Numbered from the stretch's first letter, positions 18,653 to 30,742 are shown. The stretch is 59,690 nt of DNA from an uncultured Bacilli bacterium (GCA_904374795.1 CAJFEV010000001.1:1-59690); one strand, 5' to 3'. Notes: generated by a model not told the origin, from the letters alone. Translations and numbers: made by a program.

Positions 18653-21600
18653 TTATAAATCTAGTTCATATTGTTTTGCATTTAATTCATTATCAAACAT
18701 TATTTGTTCTTCGTCTTGATCAATTCCTAATTCTTTATATATTTTATTTTTTTTCAACAATAATTCTTTTAATTCTTCTATTTTATTAAACGGTTTTTTT
18801 AACTCTTCTTGCGTTTGGCTTAATTTTTTATTAATTTTATCAATCGTTTCTATTTCAATAGTTTTGCGATTTTCAATATTTTTTAATACATTTTCAATTT
18901 TAATGATGTTTCCTAAAGAACTAGATGATGTTTCTATTGGATATTTGTATGCCCCCTTTAAATAAAAGTGAGATAAATTCATAACTTGGTCTTTACTTCC
19001 TACTATTTCAAAACCACTAATGTGTCCAAGAACTCTTTCCTCTAATTTTAAGATAGAATTTAATGTTGCAAACTTTTCACTAGCTTTAGAACGTTCATCA
19101 TATACCGTCCCCATGATTTCTATGCAAAAATTTTCGCCTGATGTATCAACTACCAATGGCAAGTCTTGCTCAATTAATTTTAAAATTTGTTTATGTTCAT
19201 TCAATTCTTTAGGATAATTTATTAATACGTCATTTTCCATTTCTTTTTTAGATGAATCATATTTGGCTTTTAATAGGGTAATTTGTTTTAATTCAGTTTC
19301 AACTTTAAACTTTTCCATAATGAGTGGATTTCCAGTTGCAATAGCTTTAACTTCAGAATAACTTAAAGCACTATTATCAACATCTTCCATGGTTCTAGCA
19401 CTAACATTAGAAGTCATAATTTGATTAATAAAGTTGGCTTTAGTTTCAATTAATTGATAGGAATATCCGTCAAATGAACTTTCCGTTACGTATCGAAAAA
19501 TCTGAACCTCTTCATTTTCATTTCCCTGACGAAGTATCCGACCTTCTCTCTGCTCTATATCACTAGGTCTCCATGGACAATCTAAATGATGCAATGCAAT
19601 TAATTTGTTTTGAACATTCATTCCAGCACCCATTTTAAAGGTTGAGCCTAGAAGTATTCTTATTTTACCTGTTCGTACATCTTCAAATAATTCAGCTTTC
19701 TTTTGTTCGGTATCAGCATCATGAATAAACGCTATTTCATTTTCCTCTACTCCATTTTTGATAAGCTTAGCTTTAATATCATCATAAATATTAAAACTCT
19801 TGTCTGCTTTAGGTGTAGATAAATCACAAAATACTAATTGAGTTAAATTGTCTTTCTTAGTATCGTTATATATCTGGGTTATATTATTAACTGCTAAATT
19901 TATTTTGCTATCAGGTAAATCAGGCATATTTTCATCTATTAATCGCAAATCTAGTGCAGCTTTTCTACCATCATTCGTTACCTTTAACATATTATCTTCA
20001 TATGGAGCTACAACATTATTTTTAATATCCTCACTACGTCGTACCAATTCTTCAATATACTGTGATAGCTCATTACTTTTTGGTGCCGAAATAATTTCAT
20101 AACGATTAAATTTCAGCTTTGGAACTGGCAACTGTAATGTTTTAGCTGTTTGAACATCAGCAATATTTTTAAACAAATTTAATAACTCTGGAACATTATT
20201 AAATTTTGCAAATCTAGTTTTATTTCTAAATCCACCATTATCAGGGGATAGTTCTAATGTTGTAATAGTTTGTCCAAAAACGCTAGCCCAACTGTCAAAA
20301 TACTCAAGTCCCATTTGTTTTAAAGTGTTATATTGCAAATATTTTTGCATAGTATACAGTTCTGCAATTGAATTTGAGATCGGTGTTCCTGTAGCGAATA
20401 CAACACAATTATTTGGTTTTAATGAATCCAAATATCTAATTTTCATATATAAATCGCTAGCTTTCTGACTGGCAACAGAGCTAATACCAGACACATTGGT
20501 CATTTTAGAAAATAGAGCTAAATTTTTAAATTCATGTGCTTCGTCAACAAATAAATAGTCCACACCTAATTGCTCGAAATTAATGGTTTCATCTTTTTTT
20601 TCTTCACTCAATAATTTTTGAAACTTTTTAGTTAGACCTTTTTTCATAGCTTCCATTTTTTTTACACTAAATCTTTCGCCATGTTCCATTTTAAGTCGTT
20701 CGATTGCCATTTCTATATTTTTTATTTCATTATTAATATGGTTTAATTGTAGTTCTTTTGAAACTGGTATTTTTTCAAAGGAACTGTGTCCGACTATTAC
20801 TGCATCCCATTCCCCTGTTGCTATACGAGTCATAAATTTTTGGCGATTAATCTTCTGAAAATCTTTTTTGGTTGCAACCAGAATGTGAGAAAAAGGATAT
20901 AATCTTACAAATTCTTTTCCCCATTGTTCTGTTAAATGATTGGGAACTATAATCATTGGTTTATTGGCAATTCCTAAGCGTTTCAATTCCATACATGCTG
21001 CAGCCATCTCAAAAGTTTTTCCAGCTCCTACACTATGAGCCAGTAGTGTATTCCCTCCTAGTAAAATACGAGCAATAGCATTTTTTTGATGAGTTCTTAA
21101 ATTTATATTTGTGGCCATTCCTTTAAATTCTAAGTATGATCCATCATATTCTCTCAAACGAATTGAGTTAAATTTTTCATTATAAATTTCTACCAGTTCA
21201 TTTTTTACATATTCATTTTTTAAAATCCAGTTTTTAAATTCTTCTTTAATTTCATTTTGCTTCTCACGTGCTATAGCAGTTTCTTTAGGATTAAAAATAG
21301 ATGCACCATCTTCAGTTTTATCGTAAACAGAAATATTTTTTAAATTAAGAGAGCACTTAATAAGTGTTAATGCGTCTGCTCTTTTTGTTCCCCAAGTTTT
21401 GGTATTTTTTACCTCACTATCAAATTGAACTCCTGATCTTTGTAATACCCATAAATTAGTTTCAGGCACATAATCAACAAACAAATAATCTCGATAGTAA
21501 TAGGAAATATCTAACAAATCAATACAAAACTTTTTTATGATTCTCGGAGGAATCCATACGGCCCCCAAAGAAATATCAATATCATCCACTGTCAATTCTT

Positions 21601-24600
21601 CAGGTTGCACTGCTTTTAAGGCTTCTATATTTTTATCCAAAGAACCTTTCTCATTTAATAATTCTGCTTGTTTTAACTTTTCTCTGACATTTCCTGATAA
21701 ATATTCATCAGCTACTACCCAAAAATCTTCACCACGTTCTTTCGATATTGACGGTTCTTTATAAACAATGCCATCTAATTGTTCTATTATTTGATCTTCA
21801 CTCATATTAATAAGGCTCTTCATAAATGATAAATCAACATAATTTCGTTCATGAATGGAAATTGTGAGTGCTTCCATTGGAGTTTCAGCTTGCAATAAGT
21901 CTTTTGATTTTCTAACGGTTCTCTTAAAAAATACATCCCCCTTTTTGTAAAGTACAATATCATTTTCTTTATATTCATCTTCAATAGAAGAAATCAGATA
22001 ACAATCTGGATCGTCGGAAAAAGCCTGTAAATTTGCTTTATTGTTAAGAAAACCATATTTTTCAACAAAAGAGTCATACTCAATTGTTAACTGCTTTTGA
22101 GCTATACCTAATTCCTCATCACTTCCATCACGTAATTGAACATCAAATACTTCTTTTAATTTATCACGTACCCTTATCATAGCTTTGATACGACTAGCTA
22201 TTTTTCCCTCTTGATTTTTTAGTGGAATCATAATTGAATCATTTCTCTGATATAATGTGTCTTCTATTAATACATAAGCATTATTTTTTAGGTTAGGAAG
22301 TGCTGGAATGATGTCTTGCTGATTTTTGTCTTCTAACTCAACCTGAGTATAAATGTTTGATTTAAAAGAGTCAACCACTTTATCTAACAACTCATCAAGC
22401 GTAACATCATCAAATGAATGCAACGAAGTATTTTTTTCGTTACCATACATGGAAGCGTCAAACTCCATTTTTCCGAGTAACATTTCTGGATGTTCTAAGT
22501 AGTAATTATTTATAGGAATTCCATCTTCATTCTGACTAACATTTAACCATGAAGGATAAGTAGACAAATCCAATTTGTCTCTTTTTTTAAGAAAAATCAC
22601 ATCTGATGATACTTTAGTGTTGGCTATTTCTTGAAATGTGGTATTTGGTAAACGAAAGGCGCCAATTAATTCTGCACGTTCAGCAATATATTTTCGTATG
22701 CTGTTATCAGCTCTATCTAAAGTACTTGTAGAAGTTATAAAAGCAACAATGCCTCCTGCTCGAAGCTTATCTAAAGTTTTCTGAAAATAATAATCATGAA
22801 TCAAAAAATTACTATTTTTATATTTTCTATCAAAAACCGAAAAATTTCCAAATGGAATGTTACTAATCGCTAAATCAAAAAAATTATCTTGAAAATTGGT
22901 TTCTTCATACCCATTTATCTCTATATTCGCGTTAGGATATAACATTTTAGCGATTCTACCACTAATATTATCAAGTTCAATACCATAAAGTTTTGATTTT
23001 TCGAATTGTTTAGGAATATTTCCAAAAAAATTTCCAATACCCATTGAGGGTTCTAAAATATTACCATTTCTAAAACCAAATTTTTCAATTATTTTCCACA
23101 TTGCTTTAATTACATTATTTGGAGTATAAAAAGATGTTAGAGTTGACTCACGTGCCTTTTCATAATCCGTTTCATCTTCGCCATTAATTAATAATCCTCT
23201 TAATTCTTCATATTCATTAGACCAATCATTACGTGTAGAAGAAAATGCACTTGCTATTCCTCCCCAACCCGAATATTTTGCTAAAATATCTTGTTCTTCT
23301 TTAGTGGGCATTTCATTGTTTTTTTCCAATTTTTTTAAAAGTCTAATTGCTGCAACATTGTTTTTGTACTTTGTTTTTTCACTACCATATGTAATATTAT
23401 TTTCAATATAATAATTGCTGTTTGAAATTTCTTTTTCTTCATGATTATCTAATTTGTTTCTATCAGTATCATAAGAAGCTATTTCTTTGTCAGATAGCTC
23501 AACGACGCTTGTAGGAGTATTTGTTTGTTCAACTACTTGATAAAATGGTTCTTGTTGATCAATGGAGTTTTCTTCTTGAGAACTATCACTTTCAAATAAA
23601 TCCAAAACTTGTTGTTCTTTCTCTTTTTTACTAGATACACTTTTTATTTTGGAAAATGGAGAAAGTGAAATTGTAATTTCTTTTTGGGGATATTCAGCTT
23701 GTGTTGTTTTTATCGAAAATACATCTTCTTTTTTAATTTTTTTGCTTTCTATAAGATTATCTAATAGATTGGTAGCTTGCTCTATATCTTCCAAAGTTTC
23801 ATAATAATTCTCAATAAATCTTTTATCATTATCTATTTTATCAATTAGCTCTTTCAGTTCATCTAAAGGATATTTGTCATACACAATATCTAAAAATTGA
23901 TAAGCCATATCCAAATCGGTTATATGATAAACATTATTTAATATTTTACTTTTATTCGATTCTAGGTTTTCTAATTTTCGTAAAAGATTTTTTTCTGGAA
24001 ACTCTCTATTAGCAATTAAAATTTGATAAAATTCATATACTTTATCCCAATTATATTCCATTGGCAACTCATATTCATCATTAGGATAAATAGTTATTCC
24101 TTTTGAATCATAATCAACAAAACCACTCTCTCCATCTAAATAAGTATAAGAATAACCACCTGTTCCAAAAGACTCTTTTAATTTTTTTATTGCTTCTTTT
24201 TTATCAGAAACTGTTGTTATAATACGATAAATTACTTGATCACCTTTAGAAAAATTATTTCCGTTTTTTAACAAATGTTTTAGCTCTTTCTCTTCTTCTG
24301 ACTCCTCTAAAGAAAAAAGTGAAGATTGCAAAGCAATTATTGGTTCTCGTTCTTGATTGATTTCTTCACTACTCTCTTCACTTAACTGAATAGGACTTTT
24401 TTCTAAAGGTTCTAATTTTTTTTCTAAATCTTTGATTTTAAACATTAAGTTTTTATAAAAATAATATGCTGTATCTAATAAATAGGAATTATTATCATTG
24501 CCATTCAAAAATAAATATTCATCTGCTAAGTTATCAATAATATAATCACATCGATTTAAAACTAATAATGCTGTTACACATGATACAAATGACTTTTCTG

Positions 24601-25027
24601 AATCAGAAAACCCATATTGCTTTTTATCAATCATTTTAAGACTAATATCATAAATTGTTTTATAAAAATTTTTATCTTCTTCATCATTTTTATCAAGATT
24701 ATCTAAATTATATTCACTAATCAGATTTTCAAGAATTACTGGTGTTTTCCTTTTATTAAATAATGAAAAATTTATAGTTCTTCCCCAAGTTTGTGATATA
24801 TCAAAAACTACTATTTTCCATTGATTATCTGTTAATATACGATACCCGTGTTCTCCTCTTTTTATACGTCTACCATTACGATTCCAATCATCATATGTAG
24901 CAAACTTTTTGCCTTTACCATCAGTTAAATTATACAAATTTAAAACATTATCATAGCTATAGTAACTTGCTTTGTAAAATTGAGAAGCAAATTTTATAAA
25001 TTTAAGAAGAGTGTCCTTATCATTCAT
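18653..25027 (-). CDS. Giant polyvalent protein: ArdC-N-like ssDNA-binding domain, N6-adenine DNA methyltransferase and SNF2/DEAD helicase
   Basis: The N-terminus ([24 protein letters not shown]...VVFDISQT) is ArdC-N-like. Methylase motifs are [11 protein letters not shown] (motif I) and SNIPFG (motif IV). Helicase motifs are [20 protein letters not shown] and [11 protein letters not shown]. The start at 25027 follows AGGGGGA and overlaps the sortase stop (ATGAATGA). Confidence 0.85.
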   Translation of the reverse strand: MNDKDTLLKFIKFASQFYKASYYSYDNVLNLYNLTDGKGKKFATYDDWNRNGRRIKRGEHGYRILTDNQWKIVVFDISQTWGRTINFSLFNKRKTPVILENLISEYNLDNLDKNDEEDKNFYKTIYDISLKMIDKKQYGFSDSEKSFVSCVTALLVLNRCDYIIDNLADEYLFLNGNDNNSYLLDTAYYFYKNLMFKIKDLEKKLEPLEKSPIQLSEESSEEINQEREPIIALQSSLFSLEESEEEKELKHLLKNGNNFSKGDQVIYRIITTVSDKKEAIKKLKESFGTGGYSYTYLDGESGFVDYDSKGITIYPNDEYELPMEYNWDKVYEFYQILIANREFPEKNLLRKLENLESNKSKILNNVYHITDLDMAYQFLDIVYDKYPLDELKELIDKIDNDKRFIENYYETLEDIEQATNLLDNLIESKKIKKEDVFSIKTTQAEYPQKEITISLSPFSKIKSVSSKKEKEQQVLDLFESDSSQEENSIDQQEPFYQVVEQTNTPTSVVELSDKEIASYDTDRNKLDNHEEKEISNSNYYIENNITYGSEKTKYKNNVAAIRLLKKLEKNNEMPTKEEQDILAKYSGWGGIASAFSSTRNDWSNEYEELRGLLINGEDETDYEKARESTLTSFYTPNNVIKAMWKIIEKFGFRNGNILEPSMGIGNFFGNIPKQFEKSKLYGIELDNISGRIAKMLYPNANIEINGYEETNFQDNFFDLAISNIPFGNFSVFDRKYKNSNFLIHDYYFQKTLDKLRAGGIVAFITSTSTLDRADNSIRKYIAERAELIGAFRLPNTTFQEIANTKVSSDVIFLKKRDKLDLSTYPSWLNVSQNEDGIPINNYYLEHPEMLLGKMEFDASMYGNEKNTSLHSFDDVTLDELLDKVVDSFKSNIYTQVELEDKNQQDIIPALPNLKNNAYVLIEDTLYQRNDSIMIPLKNQEGKIASRIKAMIRVRDKLKEVFDVQLRDGSDEELGIAQKQLTIEYDSFVEKYGFLNNKANLQAFSDDPDCYLISSIEDEYKENDIVLYKKGDVFFKRTVRKSKDLLQAETPMEALTISIHERNYVDLSFMKSLINMSEDQIIEQLDGIVYKEPSISKERGEDFWVVADEYLSGNVREKLKQAELLNEKGSLDKNIEALKAVQPEELTVDDIDISLGAVWIPPRIIKKFCIDLLDISYYYRDYLFVDYVPETNLWVLQRSGVQFDSEVKNTKTWGTKRADALTLIKCSLNLKNISVYDKTEDGASIFNPKETAIAREKQNEIKEEFKNWILKNEYVKNELVEIYNEKFNSIRLREYDGSYLEFKGMATNINLRTHQKNAIARILLGGNTLLAHSVGAGKTFEMAAACMELKRLGIANKPMIIVPNHLTEQWGKEFVRLYPFSHILVATKKDFQKINRQKFMTRIATGEWDAVIVGHSSFEKIPVSKELQLNHINNEIKNIEMAIERLKMEHGERFSVKKMEAMKKGLTKKFQKLLSEEKKDETINFEQLGVDYLFVDEAHEFKNLALFSKMTNVSGISSVASQKASDLYMKIRYLDSLKPNNCVVFATGTPISNSIAELYTMQKYLQYNTLKQMGLEYFDSWASVFGQTITTLELSPDNGGFRNKTRFAKFNNVPELLNLFKNIADVQTAKTLQLPVPKLKFNRYEIISAPKSNELSQYIEELVRRSEDIKNNVVAPYEDNMLKVTNDGRKAALDLRLIDENMPDLPDSKINLAVNNITQIYNDTKKDNLTQLVFCDLSTPKADKSFNIYDDIKAKLIKNGVEENEIAFIHDADTEQKKAELFEDVRTGKIRILLGSTFKMGAGMNVQNKLIALHHLDCPWRPSDIEQREGRILRQGNENEEVQIFRYVTESSFDGYSYQLIETKANFINQIMTSNVSARTMEDVDNSALSYSEVKAIATGNPLIMEKFKVETELKQITLLKAKYDSSKKEMENDVLINYPKELNEHKQILKLIEQDLPLVVDTSGENFCIEIMGTVYDERSKASEKFATLNSILKLEERVLGHISGFEIVGSKDQVMNLSHFYLKGAYKYPIETSSSSLGNIIKIENVLKNIENRKTIEIETIDKINKKLSQTQEELKKPFNKIEELKELLLKKNKIYKELGIDQDEEQIMFDNELNAKQYELDL

Positions 25028-25610
25028 GTTTTTCCCCCTGTACAACTATTCGAACACTGTTGTCTTGCGGATTACATGTAATCAATGTAATTTTATCTTT
25101 GCCTTCATTCTCTATTGGTTTGTTATTATACATAGAAACTTCTGAAACGTTAGAAACCTTATAAACATATTTAACATTATGATAATAAATATAGATTTCA
25201 TCTTCTATTTTCAAATTCCAAATGTTTTTAAAATAAGAAGTTCGACTATTCCCGCTATGAGCAAACAAAATAAAATTTCCGTGTTGATCTGGCATAGTTG
25301 AAGTTGGATATATGCTTACATTTCGGTCCATCGTAGTGAAAGAAGAATTACTCATAACTATTCCAGTCTTTAAATTCAAACTCGGTATTTCTATTACTGC
25401 AAGATAGGAATTGATATAATTTTCAGAATCATTTGTTTTTGAATCATTTTTACTCATATTTACATTATCGGATTGATATTCAGATGCAAAAAAATCTTCT
25501 AACATTTTTTCATCTTCATGTGCATATTGTATATCCTGATAAAAGCTAAAACTTAATATAGTAAATCCTATTAAAAAAAATACAACACCTAACATTAATG
25601 CCTTTCTCAT
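25020..25610 (-). CDS. Sortase (cysteine transpeptidase)
   Basis: N-terminal TM anchor, His in FILFAHSGN, catalytic Cys in ITLITCNP, and Arg in VRIVVQG. Confidence 0.75.
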   Translation of the reverse strand: MRKALMLGVVFFLIGFTILSFSFYQDIQYAHEDEKMLEDFFASEYQSDNVNMSKNDSKTNDSENYINSYLAVIEIPSLNLKTGIVMSNSSFTTMDRNVSIYPTSTMPDQHGNFILFAHSGNSRTSYFKNIWNLKIEDEIYIYYHNVKYVYKVSNVSEVSMYNNKPIENEGKDKITLITCNPQDNSVRIVVQGEKHE

Positions 25611-25614
25611 ATAT

Positions 25615-25842
25615 CTATTCTCCTTTCAAAAAGTTCTTTTCTTTTAATAAAGTAAAAACGCTTATTTCCAATATGTCGCAAATTTTTAGCATAAGAAAAA
25701 AATCTGGATTTTTTTCTTTTCCAGATTCTATATCTTCAATCGTTTCTACATCAGTATATGATAATTTAGCTAACTTTCTTTTACTCATTCCCCAACTTCT
25801 ACGCTCAGAGCGAATTATTTTTCCTAAATTATTTATATACAT
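25615..25842 (-). CDS. XRE-family helix-turn-helix regulator
   Basis: IIRSERRSWGMSKRKLAKLSYTDVETIEDIESGK is a typical HTH_3 pattern. RBS AGGGGGTGA. Confidence 0.7.
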   Translation of the reverse strand: MYINNLGKIIRSERRSWGMSKRKLAKLSYTDVETIEDIESGKEKNPDFFLMLKICDILEISVFTLLKEKNFLKGE

Positions 25843-25855
25843 AACTAATCACCCC

Positions 25856-26986
25856 CTATATTAATGTAATTTCTAACTCTGTTGCAAACTTTTCTTCAAT
25901 GTCATGACTCTTTACTTTCCATTCGTATTTTTCTTCATCTATGAGCTGTGTAATATTGAAAATTTTATTGGTAGACAAAGGATTATAAAATCCTATCACG
26001 CAAACTACATTATTTTCTTTTTCAACAAAATCAATATTATATTTTAACATTTCAAATTCTGATTTAATATTTGTAACCAGATTGTCTAATTCCTTTTTTT
26101 GCACCAATTCTTCTCTTCCTGTGGAATTCAAATGTTTAAATCTTTTTGATTTAATATCGTCTACAGTATAATATGTATTTTCTAACTGGCTTAAATGTTT
26201 TTTTTGCCTATCAATCGTACCTGATTTATAACACTTGAACTTTTTATAAAAAACTGTATCTCTAAAAATGGGATGTCCCACAACAGGAAAAATGATAGTC
26301 TTAAAATGTAACTGCTTAACTTCGTCAGCTGTTAGTAATTGACGTCCAATTAAATTAGAACTTTTGCTACCACTTGGATGTGTTGTACTAAAAGAATAAT
26401 TGATAGAATTTGTTTCTGTCGTATAATTTCCTAATCTCTTACTAATTTCATCAGCTGTTTCCTGAGTATTTGTTTTCAAATAGCACAATCCACAATTATC
26501 TAATGTAGCTTGAGCTATATCCCTTCCATAAACACTATATAGTTGTGAAAAACTCTGAATATATAAATGAAATCTCATTCCTCTACTTCTAGCAACACTA
26601 ACCATTTTTTCGATTCCTGGATCTAGGAAAGGAGGACAGTTTGCAAATTCATCTAATAAAAAATCAATTTGAATTGGTAGTATTTTGTTGTCTTGAGAAT
26701 TTGCTAATTTTACCAATTCCTTATAAATTAGACCAACAAGCATAGTAACTAATCCAAAATAGGTAGCATCCTCATCTGGAATAATCACATAAAGGACTGC
26801 TGGCGTTTTTCCTAATATATCAAAATCAAAATCACTAGTGCTGGTAATATTAGCAACATTAATATCATCAAATATCGCCATTTTTTCATTAAAAACAGAA
26901 GTAATTGATTTATATGTATTCTCAGATGACGATAATATTGAAAGTAAACTATCCTTACTTTTGGAGCCATATTTTTTTTTGCTCAA
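25856..26986 (-). CDS. Type IV coupling protein (VirD4/TraG-like), C-terminal part of a frameshifted gene
   Basis: Walker B DFLLDEFAN and SVARSRGMRF. It only has a TTG start that lies inside the upstream ORF. Confidence 0.75.
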   Translation of the reverse strand: MSKKKYGSKSKDSLLSILSSSENTYKSITSVFNEKMAIFDDINVANITSTSDFDFDILGKTPAVLYVIIPDEDATYFGLVTMLVGLIYKELVKLANSQDNKILPIQIDFLLDEFANCPPFLDPGIEKMVSVARSRGMRFHLYIQSFSQLYSVYGRDIAQATLDNCGLCYLKTNTQETADEISKRLGNYTTETNSINYSFSTTHPSGSKSSNLIGRQLLTADEVKQLHFKTIIFPVVGHPIFRDTVFYKKFKCYKSGTIDRQKKHLSQLENTYYTVDDIKSKRFKHLNSTGREELVQKKELDNLVTNIKSEFEMLKYNIDFVEKENNVVCVIGFYNPLSTNKIFNITQLIDEEKYEWKVKSHDIEEKFATELEITLI

Positions 26987-27968
26987 TATATTGTTTAAAA
27001 TATTCTGAATTTTCTTCCGTCATTGTACTATTTTGAAATTTTTTTATAGAAGTTAAAGTTATTTGTTCCCGAGAAATTTTTCCGTCTTTATAATCTTCTA
27101 AAAATACCCCTATTATTCCTTCAAGTAAATTTTTAGCACTATTATTCCAAAAGGGATCTTTTGCATTTTTTTCACTCATAATCATAGAACTAATGGAACC
27201 AATCAATCTATTACATTCTGCATAATGAGACATAGAAAGATTTTCCTCATTCATTTGTTCATTACTAGTAGATTCTAATTCTAAATTCATTAAATCAAGA
27301 TTATTTTTTAGATTTCTTTTATAACTTTCTAAATTTATTGTTTCATCTGAGGAAAGTTTTAAAAAATTTTTAGATATATAATCATCTTCTTTGATAAGAA
27401 CCTTTTTTCTTTTGGTTAAAGTTTCAATATAATTTTGAATTTTATCTGATTTTTTTAAATGCTCCATATACGATTCATATTCAATTATACATGGTTCAAG
27501 TAAATTGATTTTTTGAGATTTTTCTGGCTCCCTAAAATCAATAGTTAAAACTTTATAACCTTTATCAAAAAACATTTTACTGGTTTTATTAAAAACTTCT
27601 GCTTTTGGATCAGTAATAAAAGCAGAACGTTTAATCTTTGAATTTGCTAAAAAGGAGCAAAAAGGTATTACACTTGTAGAAGATTTACCAGAACCAGATG
27701 AACCTAAATACACCCAATGTGGAGTTGCTGTGTCAAACCATACATGCTTTAGATTTCTATCAAAAAAAATAGGAAAACCAACCTCTTTTATGTTGGTAAG
27801 ATTTGACTTTCTAAAATTTTTTTTAATCTCTTTTCTTGTTGACCATCTCGCAGATCCATGCTCATTTTTATTTTGCAGTTTTTGTTTAAAAAGCCATGGT
27901 TCAACACAACACATTAAAATTAAAAGTATGACAATCAAAAAAATGATTACTAATAAATTATCAAACAT
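26955..27968 (-). CDS. Type IV coupling protein (VirD4/TraG-like), N-terminal part of a frameshifted gene
   Basis: N-terminal TM segment, HGSARWST, Walker A GSSGSGKSS, and TDPKAE. It terminates just after an A9 run (T9 on the plus strand, 26972-26980). Confidence 0.75.
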   Translation of the reverse strand: MFDNLLVIIFLIVILLILMCCVEPWLFKQKLQNKNEHGSARWSTRKEIKKNFRKSNLTNIKEVGFPIFFDRNLKHVWFDTATPHWVYLGSSGSGKSSTSVIPFCSFLANSKIKRSAFITDPKAEVFNKTSKMFFDKGYKVLTIDFREPEKSQKINLLEPCIIEYESYMEHLKKSDKIQNYIETLTKRKKVLIKEDDYISKNFLKLSSDETINLESYKRNLKNNLDLMNLELESTSNEQMNEENLSMSHYAECNRLIGSISSMIMSEKNAKDPFWNNSAKNLLEGIIGVFLEDYKDGKISREQITLTSIKKFQNSTMTEENSEYFKQYIEQKKIWLQK

Positions 27969-27973
27969 ACCTT

Positions 27974-28219
27974 CTATTCTTTAACCTCTATACTCAAAAT
28001 TTTCTCAAGTTCCTTTCTATAATTTTTTTTGATTTCTATAATGCTACAATAAATCGCATTTTGTACTACATCTTTTTCATTTTTTCTTTTAGCTTCCAAT
28101 TTTATGATTTCTTTATCTATACTTTTTATAAAAAATTTTAATTTTTTTATACATATTTCATTATCTTCTAATTTTTTTTGCATATTCAAAAATTCATTAT
28201 TTAGTCTAGTAAAATCCAT
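27974..28219 (-). CDS. Small coiled-coil hypothetical protein
   Basis: GAGGGGGG RBS. K/E-rich heptad-like sequence. Confidence 0.4.
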   Translation of the reverse strand: MDFTRLNNEFLNMQKKLEDNEICIKKLKFFIKSIDKEIIKLEAKRKNEKDVVQNAIYCSIIEIKKNYRKELEKILSIEVKE

Positions 28220-28243
28220 TATATTTCCCCCCTCTAGATCTTT

Positions 28244-29386
28244 TTATAGCTCTTTTTCTTTAGTTGATTTTTTATCTTTTTTTATTTTATTTTCTTCCAG
28301 TAAACACATTTTTTTTAATAATGTATAAGCCATGTTGTCAAAAACCTTTAATTCCTTATAATCAACCGCTTTTAAAAAACTTTTTACGGCACTTAAATGA
28401 GTATCACAAAAAGAAGTTTCCTTAAAAACTTCCAAACTTAATTCCTCTGCTATTTTTTCAGCTTCACTTTTTTCTAAAAAAATAAAATCTTCATTCTTTC
28501 CAATATTCTTAAGTAAAAAAAGTGAATTATTATCAAATTCTTTCATAATTTTATTTGCATCTATAGCTAAATATTTCCCATTGCTTAAATCACGATAGTA
28601 ATCTACATTATTAGTAAACGAAGCTATGTATTTATATTTATTTACTTTATTTTCACCTAATTCATGTAGCAAGCCCTTTAAAAAATTCTCTTTCTTTTGA
28701 GGACTGTATATTTTATCTTCCTCAAAAATATCCATATCATTTTTCGTAAACAAAGCTTTATTTATATCATAACTAAGAATATTTCTTTCTTTGCAAAATT
28801 TTCTATAATTTTTTATGCCATTTTCATATTCTTTTTCTAAAAAGTCGTCCCCAAAAATTTCTTCTTTTAAAACAGAACGTATATTAGCATGTGTTCTCAT
28901 GGACATTGATTTTATCATGTCTTCCCCTAGATAATATGTAAACAAATCATAGACAGGATCCACCATACCATTTGGTTTCTCAATAATTTCACCGTTATTA
29001 TCTTTAACAAAAAAGCCATCATCATTTAAATAAACACGTTTATCATCCTTTGTAGTAAAGGCATATTCTAAATTTGAATCATAATTAAGTATGTCTTCAA
29101 AGCTGTATCCTTTAACAGCGCAATCTACTATTTGTTCAGAATCCATTTCCATAAGCTCTAAAAAAGGTATTTTATATTTTACTACATTTCTAGCAATAAA
29201 GTCCACATAAAATTGTTTGCTATGTGATAATCCAGAAATATTAAAACAAGCTTGAGATTGAAGAAAAATCGCTCGAATTAATTTTGGATCCATAGAGTAA
29301 TCATAAAAATAACAGCAATCTAAAATCCAACGTTCTCTAGGTCGTATACTATCATATAATTGTTCTTTCGTATCTTCATTGCTCAT
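28244..29386 (-). CDS. Hypothetical protein, tandem paralog A
   Basis: It shares blocks with 29522-30721, for example IVDCAVKGYSFEDIL / IVDCVVNEKDFDELL and YKYIASFTNNVDYYRD / YSYVASLNNGTDYYYD. The start is probably MSNEDTK, which follows GGAGTG. Confidence 0.55.
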   Translation of the reverse strand: MSNEDTKEQLYDSIRPRERWILDCCYFYDYSMDPKLIRAIFLQSQACFNISGLSHSKQFYVDFIARNVVKYKIPFLELMEMDSEQIVDCAVKGYSFEDILNYDSNLEYAFTTKDDKRVYLNDDGFFVKDNNGEIIEKPNGMVDPVYDLFTYYLGEDMIKSMSMRTHANIRSVLKEEIFGDDFLEKEYENGIKNYRKFCKERNILSYDINKALFTKNDMDIFEEDKIYSPQKKENFLKGLLHELGENKVNKYKYIASFTNNVDYYRDLSNGKYLAIDANKIMKEFDNNSLFLLKNIGKNEDFIFLEKSEAEKIAEELSLEVFKETSFCDTHLSAVKSFLKAVDYKELKVFDNMAYTLLKKMCLLEENKIKKDKKSTKEKEL

Positions 29387-29525
29387 TTCTATCACTCCAT
29401 TCAAATAGTATTTTTTGCATATTGTCCAATTCTTCATCATGCGAACACATAGAAGATATTTTTAATGCTGAAAAAAGAAACAAAATTAAAACCATTATCA
29501 CAATAGATAAAATAATTTCTATCAT
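29376..29525 (-). CDS. Small single-pass membrane protein
   Basis: MIEIILSIVIMVLILFLFSAL. Its ATG overlaps the stop of the upstream gene (ATGA). Confidence 0.35.
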   Translation of the reverse strand: MIEIILSIVIMVLILFLFSALKISSMCSHDEELDNMQKILFEWSDRNEQ

Positions 29526-30721
29526 TTTTCTAACTCCATATTTTTTAACTTTTGGTATTGTTCTGATTGGGAAATTAAATATTTTTTGTGCTCTGTATTT
29601 AAACAATCTATTATTCTTACATGCAATGCCATAGACGAATTTAAAGGCTCTTTAATTTCTTTCATATCCATGTAATTTAATACTTTACTTAAAATTTTGT
29701 TCACATTATCTCTGGCTAATCGATCAGATATATCCAATGTCTTAACGGACTTTTCGTATTCCTCATCTAGAGCATTCCATAATTTGTCTAGTTCTTCTTT
29801 TTTAACATAAACAAATTTATTATTTGGCAATAATTCTCCTAAGAAAAAAAGAGGCTCGTCTTCAAAAGTTTTTGTTACATTATTTTTATCTATTCCCACA
29901 TATTCTTCATTTGCGTAATCATAATAATAATCCGTTCCATTATTTAATGAGGCTACATATGAATAGTGTTCATGTATATCATCAGTTGTTTTTAATTCTT
30001 TTTGTAATTTTTTTAACTTATTTTCATCAGTATATATTTTATCTTCACTCATCAAATCTATATCTTCGTTTGTACCTGTTGCTTCTGTGATATCTCTACT
30101 TAGAATATTGTGAGTCTTGCAATACTTCTCATAGTTCTTTACTCCAGACTTATAATACTCTTTTAAGTTTTTTTCTTTTAACCTTTTTCTAATGTATAAG
30201 TGCATATACATAGAAATCATTTTAAAATTATTTTCTGCTAAGTAATACTGAAAAACATCAGAGCTAAAATTTATCATGGGTGCACTCCGAAAAACTAACT
30301 TTCCATTTGGAGCAATTTCACAGCAACATTGCTTTGCTTCGTCAAGAAACACCTTATTATCATTCTTTGTTGTAAAACAATATTTCATTTCACTAACATC
30401 AAAATGCAGTAATTCATCAAAATCCTTTTCATTTACTACACAATCAACAATATCATAAATAGATATATTTTCTAAATCTGAAAGGCTTAATTGATTAGAA
30501 CATACAAACTCAGAAATAAGCGAGGCATAGTCATCTATTCCACTTTTTGTATATTCATCTTCAAGCCAGCATTGATATGCTAGCTTACTTATATGTAACA
30601 CAAATTCATCACTCATATTTGGATCTACATCATAACATGTTCTAAAAGCAAGATAATACAATAATGAACTTTTTGCCTTATCCGATAACTCTTTAAATCT
30701 TATTAAATCTTCTTTTTCCAT
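29522..30721 (-). CDS. Hypothetical protein, tandem paralog B
   Basis: See paralog A. 399 aa versus ~380-398 aa, collinear similarity along the full length. Confidence 0.55.
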   Translation of the reverse strand: MEKEDLIRFKELSDKAKSSLLYYLAFRTCYDVDPNMSDEFVLHISKLAYQCWLEDEYTKSGIDDYASLISEFVCSNQLSLSDLENISIYDIVDCVVNEKDFDELLHFDVSEMKYCFTTKNDNKVFLDEAKQCCCEIAPNGKLVFRSAPMINFSSDVFQYYLAENNFKMISMYMHLYIRKRLKEKNLKEYYKSGVKNYEKYCKTHNILSRDITEATGTNEDIDLMSEDKIYTDENKLKKLQKELKTTDDIHEHYSYVASLNNGTDYYYDYANEEYVGIDKNNVTKTFEDEPLFFLGELLPNNKFVYVKKEELDKLWNALDEEYEKSVKTLDISDRLARDNVNKILSKVLNYMDMKEIKEPLNSSMALHVRIIDCLNTEHKKYLISQSEQYQKLKNMELEK

Positions 30722-30742
30722 GATATTCCCCCTTTACGTTTA

